A DNA stretch of 64,000 nt from the NCBI GenBank assembly GCA_045587445.1, contig JAZNCH010000036.1, forward strand, positions 41,490 to 105,489. Direction: 5' to 3'. Both the position numbers and the translations under genes were made by a program. This DNA is from Eubacteriales bacterium (GTDB lineage Bacteria; Bacillota; Clostridia; Oscillospirales; CAG-272). The notes beneath the pieces are model-generated. The model searched no databases, was not told where the DNA came from, and was given only the letters and a program-made list of their open reading frames with translations. This document shows positions 33,985-42,694 of this stretch, piece after piece. The first letter of the stretch is position 1. Every line of letters starts with the position of its first letter.

Positions 33985-36030
33985 TTACTGTTCGTATATC
34001 GTATTCGGAATAAAGCTGTTAATTTCATACTCGGCACTTGTTCTGAGTTCTGTTCTGTCGTGGGTTATCTGTGCTATTTGGAGCGTTTCAAAATCGCTTA
34101 TATCAATATTTTCAACCATTATACTGTGCTCATCAACAAATACGGTTTCTTTAGTTTTTCCATCAAGCTTAATTTTTGTATATTCGTTAAATCTGTTTCC
34201 GCTTACCAAAAGGCTGTTTCCGTTATATTCAAGCGATGTAACATAAATATCATATACTCCCATTTCGATATTGGTGAAAGAATATGGGCTTACTCCATTA
34301 TACGTTATTCTGTCGCCGTAAAGAACGTCATATTCAAGCATTTCAAGCTTGTTTTGGTAGTTTTCAATGGTGTCGCACATTTGATGCAATTTTGTTGTAG
34401 TGCCGAGATTAGAGCCGAGCGTAGAGAGAAAATGCGACATAAGCTGATAGCTGTTTAAATTTTTGTTTACGCCTTTTATATCGTAATTTGCCCATATTGC
34501 CCAGTCAGTCTGATATTTAGACCCCTCTAAAAGCTTGTCTTCTTCGAGGTATATTGTCGGGAAATGATCTCCGTAAAACAAAACTGCGGTAGGTTCTTCA
34601 AAAGTTTTTAAGAAATTAATAATTTCGCCGATGAAAGCGTCCGTTTCATTAAGTTGTTCAACGTAATAACGGTAATTAGCTTTATTTTCCGCATCGGTAT
34701 TGTTTTGTAACTCAACTTGAATATCGTGTTCCGAAGGCAGTTCTTCATCGGGATATTTGCCATGAGCCTGAACGCTTACCGTAAACACAAAGTCACGGTC
34801 TTCCGTAGACAAAAGACAGTCCGTAATCTGTTCTGTAAGAATGTTATCTTTTGCCCAGCCGAGAGTGGTAAATTCGGGATTATGCATCATTTCAAGCGGA
34901 ATGAAAGTATCAAATCCCAAAGAAGAATATACGACGTTGCGGTCATAGAATGTGGCAGTATGATTGTGGATAGCGTGTGAGGAATAACCGTATTCTTTTA
35001 AGGTGAATGCCGGTGTTTCGCAGGTCGTTGACTGAAGAACGGTTTTATAAGGGTATTCCCCGGGACCGAAGTGGTCAAGATTCATACCGGTAAGTATTTC
35101 AAATTCGGTATTTGCAGTACCGCCCCCAATGGAGGGAACGGTAATGAGACCGTGCGGATAGTTTTTCTTTAGATATGTGAAATTTGGGATAAGGTTTGTG
35201 GTAGTAACAAGATTTGATACACGGTTTATATCAAAAAATGATTCAAGTTGCACGACAATAATATTTGGTTTTTTGGCGGGAGCAATATCGACGTTGTTGT
35301 TTATTTCTTCCAAAATGCTTTCAACGGTATCGTTGGCATATTCAGGCGGTTGGCTTATTCCTACATCAAAAATACTTAACGAGAAGCAGTAAGCAAAGCC
35401 GTAATCCTTGTAAGCCTCGGCAAGACTTGGGAATTTTTTGCCGAGCAATCCGGTTTGTGTACCAACAGCTCCGGATATAAGAATCGTTACTACTATAACC
35501 ACAACGAATACACTGTTTTTCTTGAAGTCAATTTTGGTTGAAGCGTTTTTCTTCCAGAAAATAACGAACAGGGTAATAAGCAGAAGCCCGCCGATTATTA
35601 TAAGTGAAAGCTGGAACAGATTGAGATAAATATCAATTATTCCAAGCATATTTATTGCGATAGAAAAGTCAATGGCTGAAAACGGTGTAATTCTGTAGGA
35701 AAGTACAATACAGTTAATAAGGGATAAAATTATCCATACAGATGATACGGTTGCCAGAGCAAAGGCCTTCTTTGGAAAAAAGAGTGCTGCCGAAAAAGTA
35801 AGCAAAATAATTATGTAATTATAAAAGAATGCGTAGGGGGAATTAAAAAGAAACGCAAAGGCTTCAAAGACGGAATGTCGGCATAATGACTCGGAGACGA
35901 TTAGTGTAAAAAAGGTAATGGAAAGACAGCGCCAGAAAGGGTGGGTGCGAAGAAAAGCCATTGCCTTTTTTGAAAAACTTACAAAAAATTTTAAAATGCA
36001 GTTTTCAGAAATCTTTTTAAATAAATTCAT
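33985..36030 (-). CDS. LTA synthase-family sulfatase-fold protein (phosphoglycerol transferase-like)
   Basis: Five N-terminal TM helices and an extracellular alkaline-phosphatase-superfamily domain (VVQLESF, GGGTANTEFEILTG). Start moved to ATG 36030 (AAAGGA RBS). Confidence 0.8.
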   Translation of the reverse strand: MNLFKKISENCILKFFVSFSKKAMAFLRTHPFWRCLSITFFTLIVSESLCRHSVFEAFAFLFNSPYAFFYNYIIILLTFSAALFFPKKAFALATVSSVWIILSLINCIVLSYRITPFSAIDFSIAINMLGIIDIYLNLFQLSLIIIGGLLLITLFVIFWKKNASTKIDFKKNSVFVVVIVVTILISGAVGTQTGLLGKKFPSLAEAYKDYGFAYCFSLSIFDVGISQPPEYANDTVESILEEINNNVDIAPAKKPNIIVVQLESFFDINRVSNLVTTTNLIPNFTYLKKNYPHGLITVPSIGGGTANTEFEILTGMNLDHFGPGEYPYKTVLQSTTCETPAFTLKEYGYSSHAIHNHTATFYDRNVVYSSLGFDTFIPLEMMHNPEFTTLGWAKDNILTEQITDCLLSTEDRDFVFTVSVQAHGKYPDEELPSEHDIQVELQNNTDAENKANYRYYVEQLNETDAFIGEIINFLKTFEEPTAVLFYGDHFPTIYLEEDKLLEGSKYQTDWAIWANYDIKGVNKNLNSYQLMSHFLSTLGSNLGTTTKLHQMCDTIENYQNKLEMLEYDVLYGDRITYNGVSPYSFTNIEMGVYDIYVTSLEYNGNSLLVSGNRFNEYTKIKLDGKTKETVFVDEHSIMVENIDISDFETLQIAQITHDRTELRTSAEYEINSFIPNTIYEQ

Positions 36031-36080
36031 AATCTTATCCTTTTCACAATAAAACATAAAGAAGGAATAATGCGAATTTG

Positions 36081-36109
36081 TTGACAAAAATATTTGAACA
36101 ATGTATAAT
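36081..36109 (+). promoter_or_regulatory. sigma-A promoter of the HprK-like gene
   Basis: TTGACA (36081-36086), 17 nt, TATAAT (36104-36109). Confidence 0.6.
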
Positions 36110-36217
36110 ATTCTGTGTATTAAATAAACCCATTAAAAGAAATATATCACTTTTCTTTTACAAAAATATTAACAAAACGCATTTTTTTGTTTTTTTAATA
36201 AAAAAACGGAGGATTGT

Positions 36218-36931
36218 ATGGCAATATATAAAATAGCAGACCTTTTTGTGGAGATGACCCCTTGTCATAACCGATTAAAAAAATATGCTGAAAAGTATTT
36301 ATATACCGGAAATGAAACACCCGAGAACGTGATGAAAGTTGAAATTTCCGAAGATATATTGAAGATGAAAAATGAAGAACATTCATATCTTTCGGCAGAA
36401 GAATGTGAATATATATTTTTCGGGGCTTGTTTTGCGGCGCGTCTTTTGAAATATAACGGTTTTGTACTTCACTCGTCGGCAATTGCCTATGAGGGAAATG
36501 CATATTTGTTTTCGGCAGATAGCGGAACGGGAAAATCAACCCATACACACTTTTGGCAAGATGTTTTTGGTAAAGACAACGTAACCTATATAAACGACGA
36601 TAAGCCTGCTATAAGAGAAATAAACGGTGTGTTTCATGCGGCTGGAACTCCTTTTTCCGGAAAAAGTAATTTGAGCAAAAATATTGTTGTACCGTTGAAA
36701 GCAGTATGCTTTATTCATAGATCTGAACAGAATGAAATAAAGAGATTAACTCCTTCCGAGGCTATGGAACTGTTGTTTGGGCAGATTTTAAGACCAAGCA
36801 AACCGCAGTCAATAAATTTATTGTTTGAAATATTGGACAGCTTTTTTAAGAAAGTACCCGTTTATTCATTAGGTGTAACGTACTCGTCCGACTCGGCAAA
36901 ATTTGCTTATGAAGCTCTGAATAAACAATAA
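36218..36931 (+). CDS. HPr-kinase-C-terminal-fold P-loop protein, orphan (237 aa)
   Basis: LHSSAIAYEGNAYLFSADSGTGKSTHT aligns with the HprK pattern H...V...G.G.LI.G.SG.GKS. No N-terminal HprK domain. GGAGG RBS. Confidence 0.55.
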   Translation: MAIYKIADLFVEMTPCHNRLKKYAEKYLYTGNETPENVMKVEISEDILKMKNEEHSYLSAEECEYIFFGACFAARLLKYNGFVLHSSAIAYEGNAYLFSADSGTGKSTHTHFWQDVFGKDNVTYINDDKPAIREINGVFHAAGTPFSGKSNLSKNIVVPLKAVCFIHRSEQNEIKRLTPSEAMELLFGQILRPSKPQSINLLFEILDSFFKKVPVYSLGVTYSSDSAKFAYEALNKQ

Positions 36932-36961
36932 AATGTGTGTGGAAAAACCACACACATTTTT
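36931..36961. terminator. bidirectional terminator
   Basis: AAATGTGTGTGG/CCACACACATTT stem, loop AAAAA, T-rich on both strands. Confidence 0.75.
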
Positions 36962-36964
36962 GCG

Positions 36965-37399
36965 TTAAAGATATTGTCTAATATCGTTTGCAAGATTGTT
37001 TTCGAGAGAGATAAGGTCTTTTGCAATATTTTTTGAATATTCGTCTGCCGCTTTGTATTGGTTGAGATAACGGCTAAGCGATTTAACACCCATATTACAG
37101 CCGTCTGTCATAAGGTCGGCAACCGTGTTGTCTGATTCGTCAACAGCTAATTTTGCGTTTGTTTTTATCCAGGACATACCTTTTGCGATTGGGTTGGGTT
37201 CTTTTCCGTCATCGCTGAAGCGGTTGAGTTGAAGTCTTATTTTACTTTCAAGCTCTTCGTGGTCTTTTTTACATTCGATAAGCTTTTCTTTAAACTCTCT
37301 GTTTTTTACCGTATCTACTACGTCTTCGATTGAGGAAACGCCCATTTTTACACCCGAATCACATTCTCGAAGCAGTCTTATTGTATCGTGTTCTATCAT
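36965..37399 (-). CDS. conserved hypothetical helical protein (144 aa)
   Basis: All-helical pattern with LLRECDSGVKMG and LMTDGCNMGVKSL repeats, suggesting a duplicated helix pair. Recalled as a widespread clostridial family of unknown function. Confidence 0.5.
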   Translation of the reverse strand: MIEHDTIRLLRECDSGVKMGVSSIEDVVDTVKNREFKEKLIECKKDHEELESKIRLQLNRFSDDGKEPNPIAKGMSWIKTNAKLAVDESDNTVADLMTDGCNMGVKSLSRYLNQYKAADEYSKNIAKDLISLENNLANDIRQYL

Positions 37400-37509
37400 T
37401 TTTGTTAATCCTTTCTTTTGTATTTGTATATACAGTATGCCCCGAAATTTAATTTAGTTGTATAGCCTTTTATGAAAGTATTTTAAATATAAAAATAATG
37501 TATTTTTTG

Positions 37510-37538
37510 TTGAATTGTAAAAGAATATATGATATAAT
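37510..37538 (+). promoter_or_regulatory. sigma-A promoter of the acyltransferase gene
   Basis: TTGAAT (37510-37515), 17 nt, TATAAT (37533-37538), preceded by TGa. Confidence 0.6.
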
Positions 37539-37571
37539 TTTTTTAGTATTTTAAATATTTGGAGGCTTTTT

Positions 37572-38846
37572 ATGAAAATAAAAACCAAAAGAATACAATA
37601 TGAAGAATTAAGCGAAATAAAGAGGCCGAAGCATTTTAATCCAAAGAAGCCGAATATATTTTTCAGAACGCTTGTAAGGCTACTGTCGCAGTTTGATATG
37701 TGGGCGACAAAATTTTCATATACGAAAACCGATATGGAAAAGGCGGGAAAAGGTCCGTATCTTATACTAATGAATCACTCAAGCTTTATTGATTTTGAAA
37801 TTGCGAATAAGATTTTGTACCCGACACCTTTTTGCTTTGTTGCAACAACCGATGCTTTTGTAAGCAAGGCTTGGCTTATGAGACAGATTGGATGTATACC
37901 GACACAAAAGTTTGTAAATGACGTTACGCTTATATCAGATATGGCTTACGCTTTGAATGAGCTGAAAACAAGTGTTCTTATGTATCCGGAAGCGGGATAC
38001 AGCTTTGACGGTTGTGCTACTACGTTACCTCGCGGCTTGGGAAGGCTTGTGAAGAAGCTTGATGTTCCGGTTCTAAGCATACACACTTTTGGAGCATTTT
38101 CACGCGACCCGCTTTATAATTGTTTACAGAAGAGAAAAGTTAAGGTGAGTGCCGATATTTCGTGTATTCTTTCTCTTGATGATGTAAGAGAAAAGTCTGT
38201 TGCCGAAATAGATGAGGTTTTGGAAAAGACATTTACTTTTGATAATTTTGAGTGGCAGTATGAAAACAAGGTCAAGATAGACGAGACGTTCCGTGCAGAC
38301 GGACTGAACAGAATATTGTATAAATGCGCCCATTGCCAAACAGAAGGAAAAATGGAGGGCAAGGGAACAAAGCTTATATGCCACGAATGCGGCAAGGAAT
38401 ATGAGCTTGACGAGTACGGTAAATTAAAAGCATTAGACGGAGAAACAGAGTTCGGTCATATTCCGGATTGGTACAATTGGGAGAGGGATTGTGTAAGACA
38501 AGAAATACTTGACGGCAGTTATAAGCTTGACGTTGACGTAGATATATGCGCACTGGTTGATTACAAGGCCTTATATAAAATAGGAGAAGGACACTTAGTT
38601 CACGATAAGAACGGTTTTTATTTGACAGGTTGCGACGGAAAGCTTGAATATACCCAAAAGCCGCTTGTTTCGCACAGTGTTAACTCCGATTATTATTGGT
38701 ATGAGATAGGCGACGTGATAAGTATCGGTAACAGGGAGACTTTATATTACTGTTTTCCGAAGACGAAGGGCGATTTTGTTGCAAAGACAAGACTTGCGGC
38801 TGAAGAAATGTACAGTCTTGTAAGACCTAAAAGAGGGAAAATATAG
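37572..38846 (+). CDS. PlsC-family lysophospholipid acyltransferase fused to a C-terminal zinc-ribbon-containing domain
   Basis: HX4D motif NHSSFID and a PEAG block. CAHCQ...CHECG zinc ribbon at about aa 250-275, followed by about 150 aa of unknown function. Confidence 0.7.
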   Translation: MKIKTKRIQYEELSEIKRPKHFNPKKPNIFFRTLVRLLSQFDMWATKFSYTKTDMEKAGKGPYLILMNHSSFIDFEIANKILYPTPFCFVATTDAFVSKAWLMRQIGCIPTQKFVNDVTLISDMAYALNELKTSVLMYPEAGYSFDGCATTLPRGLGRLVKKLDVPVLSIHTFGAFSRDPLYNCLQKRKVKVSADISCILSLDDVREKSVAEIDEVLEKTFTFDNFEWQYENKVKIDETFRADGLNRILYKCAHCQTEGKMEGKGTKLICHECGKEYELDEYGKLKALDGETEFGHIPDWYNWERDCVRQEILDGSYKLDVDVDICALVDYKALYKIGEGHLVHDKNGFYLTGCDGKLEYTQKPLVSHSVNSDYYWYEIGDVISIGNRETLYYCFPKTKGDFVAKTRLAAEEMYSLVRPKRGKI

Positions 38847-38961
38847 ATTTAGATACGATTATATTTATAAAAATCAGCTTGAAAGTTGTGTTGTATTAGC
38901 TTTTTTGGGTTATATTGTTGAATGTTTTTTTGAAAAATATAAAAAAAATTTCAAATACTTC

Positions 38962-38990
38962 TTGACTTTAGCACAGGAAAGTGGTAAAAT
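38962..38990 (+). promoter_or_regulatory. sigma-A promoter of the T-box leader
   Basis: TTGACT (38962-38967), 17 nt, TAAAAT (38985-38990), preceded by TGg. Confidence 0.65.
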
Positions 38991-38996
38991 GCTGAC

Positions 38997-39262
38997 ATAA
39001 TTTAAATGCGTTGACGAAAACAAGTAGATAACGTCGAGACTCTTACAGAGAATTGTCGGTTGGTGCGAGACAAAGACGACGATGTTATTGAATACATTTC
39101 CGAGCGGCTTGTCCGAATTTGTACAGTAGGGTAAGACGGGGACGCCCGTTACAGCGTAAGAGTCTAAGGATAAATATTGTCCCGGACTTAATGAGAACCA
39201 ACTGAGGTGGTACCACGGTGTAATAATCGTCCTCTGCGATTTTTTTTCGCAGAGGACTTTTT
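38997..39262 (+). promoter_or_regulatory. T-box riboswitch leader, specifier codon UAC (tyrosine)
   Basis: GA-motif region UGACGAAAACAAGUAGA. AG bulge AGAGA (39047-39051). Distal loop GGUGCGAGA. Specifier loop GAA-UAC-A (UAC 39093-39095). T-box core GGUGGUACCACGG (39206-39218). Mutually exclusive terminator. Confidence 0.85.
39229..39262 (+). terminator. T-box-controlled terminator
   Basis: 11-bp perfect stem GTCCTCTGCGA/TCGCAGAGGAC, T7 loop, then TTTTT. The CCTC of the 5' arm can instead pair with GAGG just upstream of the T-box core (antiterminator). Confidence 0.85.
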
Positions 39263-39277
39263 GTTTTGTAAAATTGG

Positions 39278-39304
39278 GAGAATATGGGCGGAGCACATAT
39301 TCTC
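39278..39304. repeat. degenerate member of the GGGCGAAGCCC hairpin family
   Basis: GAGAATATG-GGCGGAGCA-CATATTCTC. Compare 7236-7268 (GAGGATATGGGCGAAGCCCATATCCTC). Confidence 0.5.
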
Positions 39305-39362
39305 TATGGTTGTTTATTAAATTAGAAAAATATTAAGCTTTAGATATAGAAGGAGAAAGAAA

Positions 39363-41000
39363 ATGGTAATAGCGGATTTTTTGGAAAGAAATGCGCGTCT
39401 TTACGGAGATGAAACGGCATTGGTTGAAATAAACCCTTCCGAAGAAAGAGACAATGCGGTAACTTGGAGAGATTTTAGTCTTATTGAGAATACAAGCCCC
39501 GACCTTCCTTACAGAAGAGAAATAAATTGGAGACAGTTTGATGAAAAGGCGAACAGATTTGCAAACCTTTTGCTCAGCCGAGGTATCAAGAAAGGACAGA
39601 AAGTAGCGATACTGCTTATGAACTGTCTTGAATGGTTGCCGATATATTTTGGAATATTGAAATCGGGTGCTCTTGCTGTTCCCATGAATTTTAGATATTC
39701 GGGCGATGAAATTGAATACTGTCTTGATTTGGCTGACGTTGACGTTTTGGTATTTGGTCCCGAATTTACAGAGCGACTTGAGACTGTTCCGAATGCACTT
39801 GATAGACTTAAGTTTAAATTCTTTGTGGGAAGAGACGTTCCTGCATTTGCTGAAAGCTATCTTGAGCTTGTAACTTATACCTCAACAAAGGCACCTCCCG
39901 TAATGGTGGGAGAAAAAGACTACGCGGCAATATATTTTTCATCGGGTACGACAGGTAGACCGAAGGCTATTTTGCATAATCACAGAGCATTGGTTTGTTC
40001 TTGCGAAACCGAGCAGAATCACCACAGACAGTCGAGAGATGACGTGTTTTTGTGTATTCCTCCCCTTTATCATACGGGTGCAAAAATGCACTGGTTCGGA
40101 AGCTTGCTTTCGGGAAGCCGAGCAGTACTTCTAAGAGGTGTGAAGCCCGAGTGGATATTGCGTGCGGTAACAGAAGAAAAATGTACTATTGTATGGTTAC
40201 TTGTACCGTGGGCACAAGATTTGCTTAATGCAGTTGAAGCGGGTAAGATAAATATTGGCGATTATATGCTTGACCAATGGAGACTTATGCATATTGGTGC
40301 TCAGCCTGTACCGCCCAGTCTTATAAACAGGTGGAAGAAGAAATTCCCGAATCATGAGTATGATACGAATTACGGTTTGTCGGAATCTATTGGTCCCGGT
40401 TGCGTACATCTCGGTGTTGAGAATATTCATAAGGTAGGTGCAATAGGTAAGCCCGGATATAACTGGGAAGCGAAGATTGTTGACGAAAACGCTAATACCG
40501 TAGAACAGGGCGAAGTCGGAGAACTTGCTGTTAAGGGAGACGGCGTAATGCTTTGTTACTATAAAAACGAAAAGGCGACAAATGAAGTTTTGAAGGAGGG
40601 TTGGCTGTTTACCGGAGACGTTGCAAGAATGGACGAAGAGGGCTTTATCTATCTTGTTGACAGAAAGAAGGACGTTATTATTTCGGGCGGTGAGAATCTG
40701 TATCCCGTTGAAATTGAAGACTTCTTGAATACTAATACAAAAATAAAAGACGTTGCAGTTATTGGTCTTCCTGATGAGAGACTTGGTGAAATTGCAGCAG
40801 CGGTTATTGAATTTAAAGATGGAATGACGGCGACAGAAGAAGAAATAAACGAATTTTGTCATGCGCTGCCGAGATATAAGCGTCCCAAGAAGCTTATATT
40901 TGCAAAAGTTCCCAGAAATCCCACCGGTAAAATTGAAAAGCCGGTATTGCGTCAGATGTATGGCGCAGGAAGACTTGTAGAGGCGCAGACTACAAAATAA
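39363..41000 (+). CDS. AMP-forming acyl-CoA synthetase (class I adenylate-forming enzyme), substrate unknown
   Basis: YFSSGTTGRPKA (A3), YHTGA, GWLFTGDVARMDEEGFIYLVDRKKDVIISGGENLYP (A8) and PRNPTGKI (A10). GAAGGAG RBS. Confidence 0.85.
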   Translation: MVIADFLERNARLYGDETALVEINPSEERDNAVTWRDFSLIENTSPDLPYRREINWRQFDEKANRFANLLLSRGIKKGQKVAILLMNCLEWLPIYFGILKSGALAVPMNFRYSGDEIEYCLDLADVDVLVFGPEFTERLETVPNALDRLKFKFFVGRDVPAFAESYLELVTYTSTKAPPVMVGEKDYAAIYFSSGTTGRPKAILHNHRALVCSCETEQNHHRQSRDDVFLCIPPLYHTGAKMHWFGSLLSGSRAVLLRGVKPEWILRAVTEEKCTIVWLLVPWAQDLLNAVEAGKINIGDYMLDQWRLMHIGAQPVPPSLINRWKKKFPNHEYDTNYGLSESIGPGCVHLGVENIHKVGAIGKPGYNWEAKIVDENANTVEQGEVGELAVKGDGVMLCYYKNEKATNEVLKEGWLFTGDVARMDEEGFIYLVDRKKDVIISGGENLYPVEIEDFLNTNTKIKDVAVIGLPDERLGEIAAAVIEFKDGMTATEEEINEFCHALPRYKRPKKLIFAKVPRNPTGKIEKPVLRQMYGAGRLVEAQTTK

Positions 41001-41024
41001 GCAACAAAAACAAGGTGATACAAA

Positions 41025-42563
41025 ATGTTTATAAAAATTGCAATGCTGGTAATATTTTTTGGTACGATGATAGGTATCGGTTTATATTGCATGAAACATT
41101 CAACAGACGTTAATGGTTTTGTACTGGGCGGACGAAGCGTAGGTCCTTGGTTGACAGCTTTTGCTTACGGTACATCGTATTTTTCGGCTGTTGTGTTTGT
41201 TGGATATGCAGGGCAGTTTGGCTGGAAATACGGTATTGCAGCGACATGGGCAGGAATAGGAAATGCGATACTCGGTTCATTGCTCGCGTGGATGATACTT
41301 GGCAGACGTACTCGTATTATGACACAGCATTTGGACAGTGCAACGATGCCTCAGTTTTTTTGTAGCCGTTACAACAGTCAAGGGTTAAAACTACTGTCAT
41401 CGGCGGTAATATTTATATTTTTAATTCCGTACACGGCATCGCTTTACAACGGACTCAGCCGTTTGTTCGGCATGGCTTTTGATATACCGTATGAGGTGTG
41501 CGTAATAGTAATGTCGATATTGACTGCGATATACGTTATAGCGGGTGGATATATGGCAACTGCTATAAATGATTTTATACAGGGAATCATTATGATAGTC
41601 GGTATTATAGCCGTAATAATTGCAGTACTTAATACACAGGGCGGATTGACTGCCGCTATGGACAGTTTAAGCCAAATATCAAGCGAAGCGGAGGGAATAA
41701 AACAGGGGGCGTTAACTTCATTCTTTGGTCCCGATCCGATAAATTTGGCCGGTGTAGTTCTTCTTACCTCACTTGGTACATGGGGACTTCCGCAGATGGT
41801 GCAAAAGTTTTATGCGATAAAGAATGAAAAGGCGATAACCAAGGGCACTATTATTTCGACCATATTTGCGCTGATAGTTGCGGGTGGTTGTTATTTCCTT
41901 GGAGGCTTCGGCAGATTATTTACACCCGATACGACGGCAGAAGGTGCGATTATTTTTGACTCAATAGTACCGAATATGCTCAAAGGATTGCCCGATGTTT
42001 TGATAGGGGTAGTAATAGTTCTTGTTCTTTCAGCTTCGATGTCAACACTTTCTTCACTTGTTTTGACTTCAAGCTCTACTCTTACGCTTGACTTTATAAA
42101 AGAAAGAATCGCAAGAAACATGAATGAGAAAAAGCAAGTATTTATTATGCGTGTTTTGATAGTTATATTTATTGCTGTATCTGCAGTAATTGCGATTATT
42201 CAGCATAAGGGAAGTGTTTCATTTATAGCTCAGCTTATGGGTGTATCATGGGGAGCTTTGGCAGGAGCGTTTTTAGCTCCGTTCTTATACGGTTTGTACT
42301 GGAAGGGCGTAACAAAGGCGGCGGTTTTGGTAAATATAATATTTTCTACAATTGTTATGATTGCGAACATATTGGTAAGAGGTGTATTTCCGTCTATATT
42401 GCAGTCTCCGATAAATGCGGGTGCATTTTGTATGCTTGCGGGACTGATAATAGTACCCATAGTAAGTAGATTTACAAAGAAGCCCGATAAAAAAATGGTA
42501 GAAGAGGTATTCTCTTGCTATTCACAGAGTGTTACGGTATCCGTAAAAGAGCATATGGGTTAA
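41025..42563 (+). CDS. sodium:solute symporter (SSS) family permease
   Basis: 512 aa, about 13 TM helices, PutP/PanF-like N-terminal pattern (GGRSVGPWLTAFAYGTSYFSA). Confidence 0.75.
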   Translation: MFIKIAMLVIFFGTMIGIGLYCMKHSTDVNGFVLGGRSVGPWLTAFAYGTSYFSAVVFVGYAGQFGWKYGIAATWAGIGNAILGSLLAWMILGRRTRIMTQHLDSATMPQFFCSRYNSQGLKLLSSAVIFIFLIPYTASLYNGLSRLFGMAFDIPYEVCVIVMSILTAIYVIAGGYMATAINDFIQGIIMIVGIIAVIIAVLNTQGGLTAAMDSLSQISSEAEGIKQGALTSFFGPDPINLAGVVLLTSLGTWGLPQMVQKFYAIKNEKAITKGTIISTIFALIVAGGCYFLGGFGRLFTPDTTAEGAIIFDSIVPNMLKGLPDVLIGVVIVLVLSASMSTLSSLVLTSSSTLTLDFIKERIARNMNEKKQVFIMRVLIVIFIAVSAVIAIIQHKGSVSFIAQLMGVSWGALAGAFLAPFLYGLYWKGVTKAAVLVNIIFSTIVMIANILVRGVFPSILQSPINAGAFCMLAGLIIVPIVSRFTKKPDKKMVEEVFSCYSQSVTVSVKEHMG

Positions 42564-42602
42564 AAAATATACAAAAATGTAAAAAAGAACTTTAATATAT
42601 TA

Positions 42603-42631
42603 TTGAATATATTTTATATTTGTGATATAAT
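42603..42631 (+). promoter_or_regulatory. sigma-A promoter of the iorAB operon
   Basis: TTGAAT (42603-42608), 17 nt, TATAAT (42626-42631), preceded by TGa. Confidence 0.6.
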
Positions 42632-42694
42632 ATCAATATTATTTTTTGATAGTTCCTCCGTGGTTTAGCGGAAAGAAAGAGAGGAAAAATATAG

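Noticed and set aside
38910-39296. 128-aa minus-strand ORF
   Set aside because: It covers the T-box leader and its terminator on the opposite strand. It has no RBS, and the plus-strand RNA features explain the sequence fully.
42652-42686. Anti-RBS hairpin ahead of iorA (TTCCTC pairing with the GAGGAA Shine-Dalgarno)
   Set aside because: Only 6 bp enclose a 22-nt loop with no supporting inner helix. That is too weak to claim translational control.
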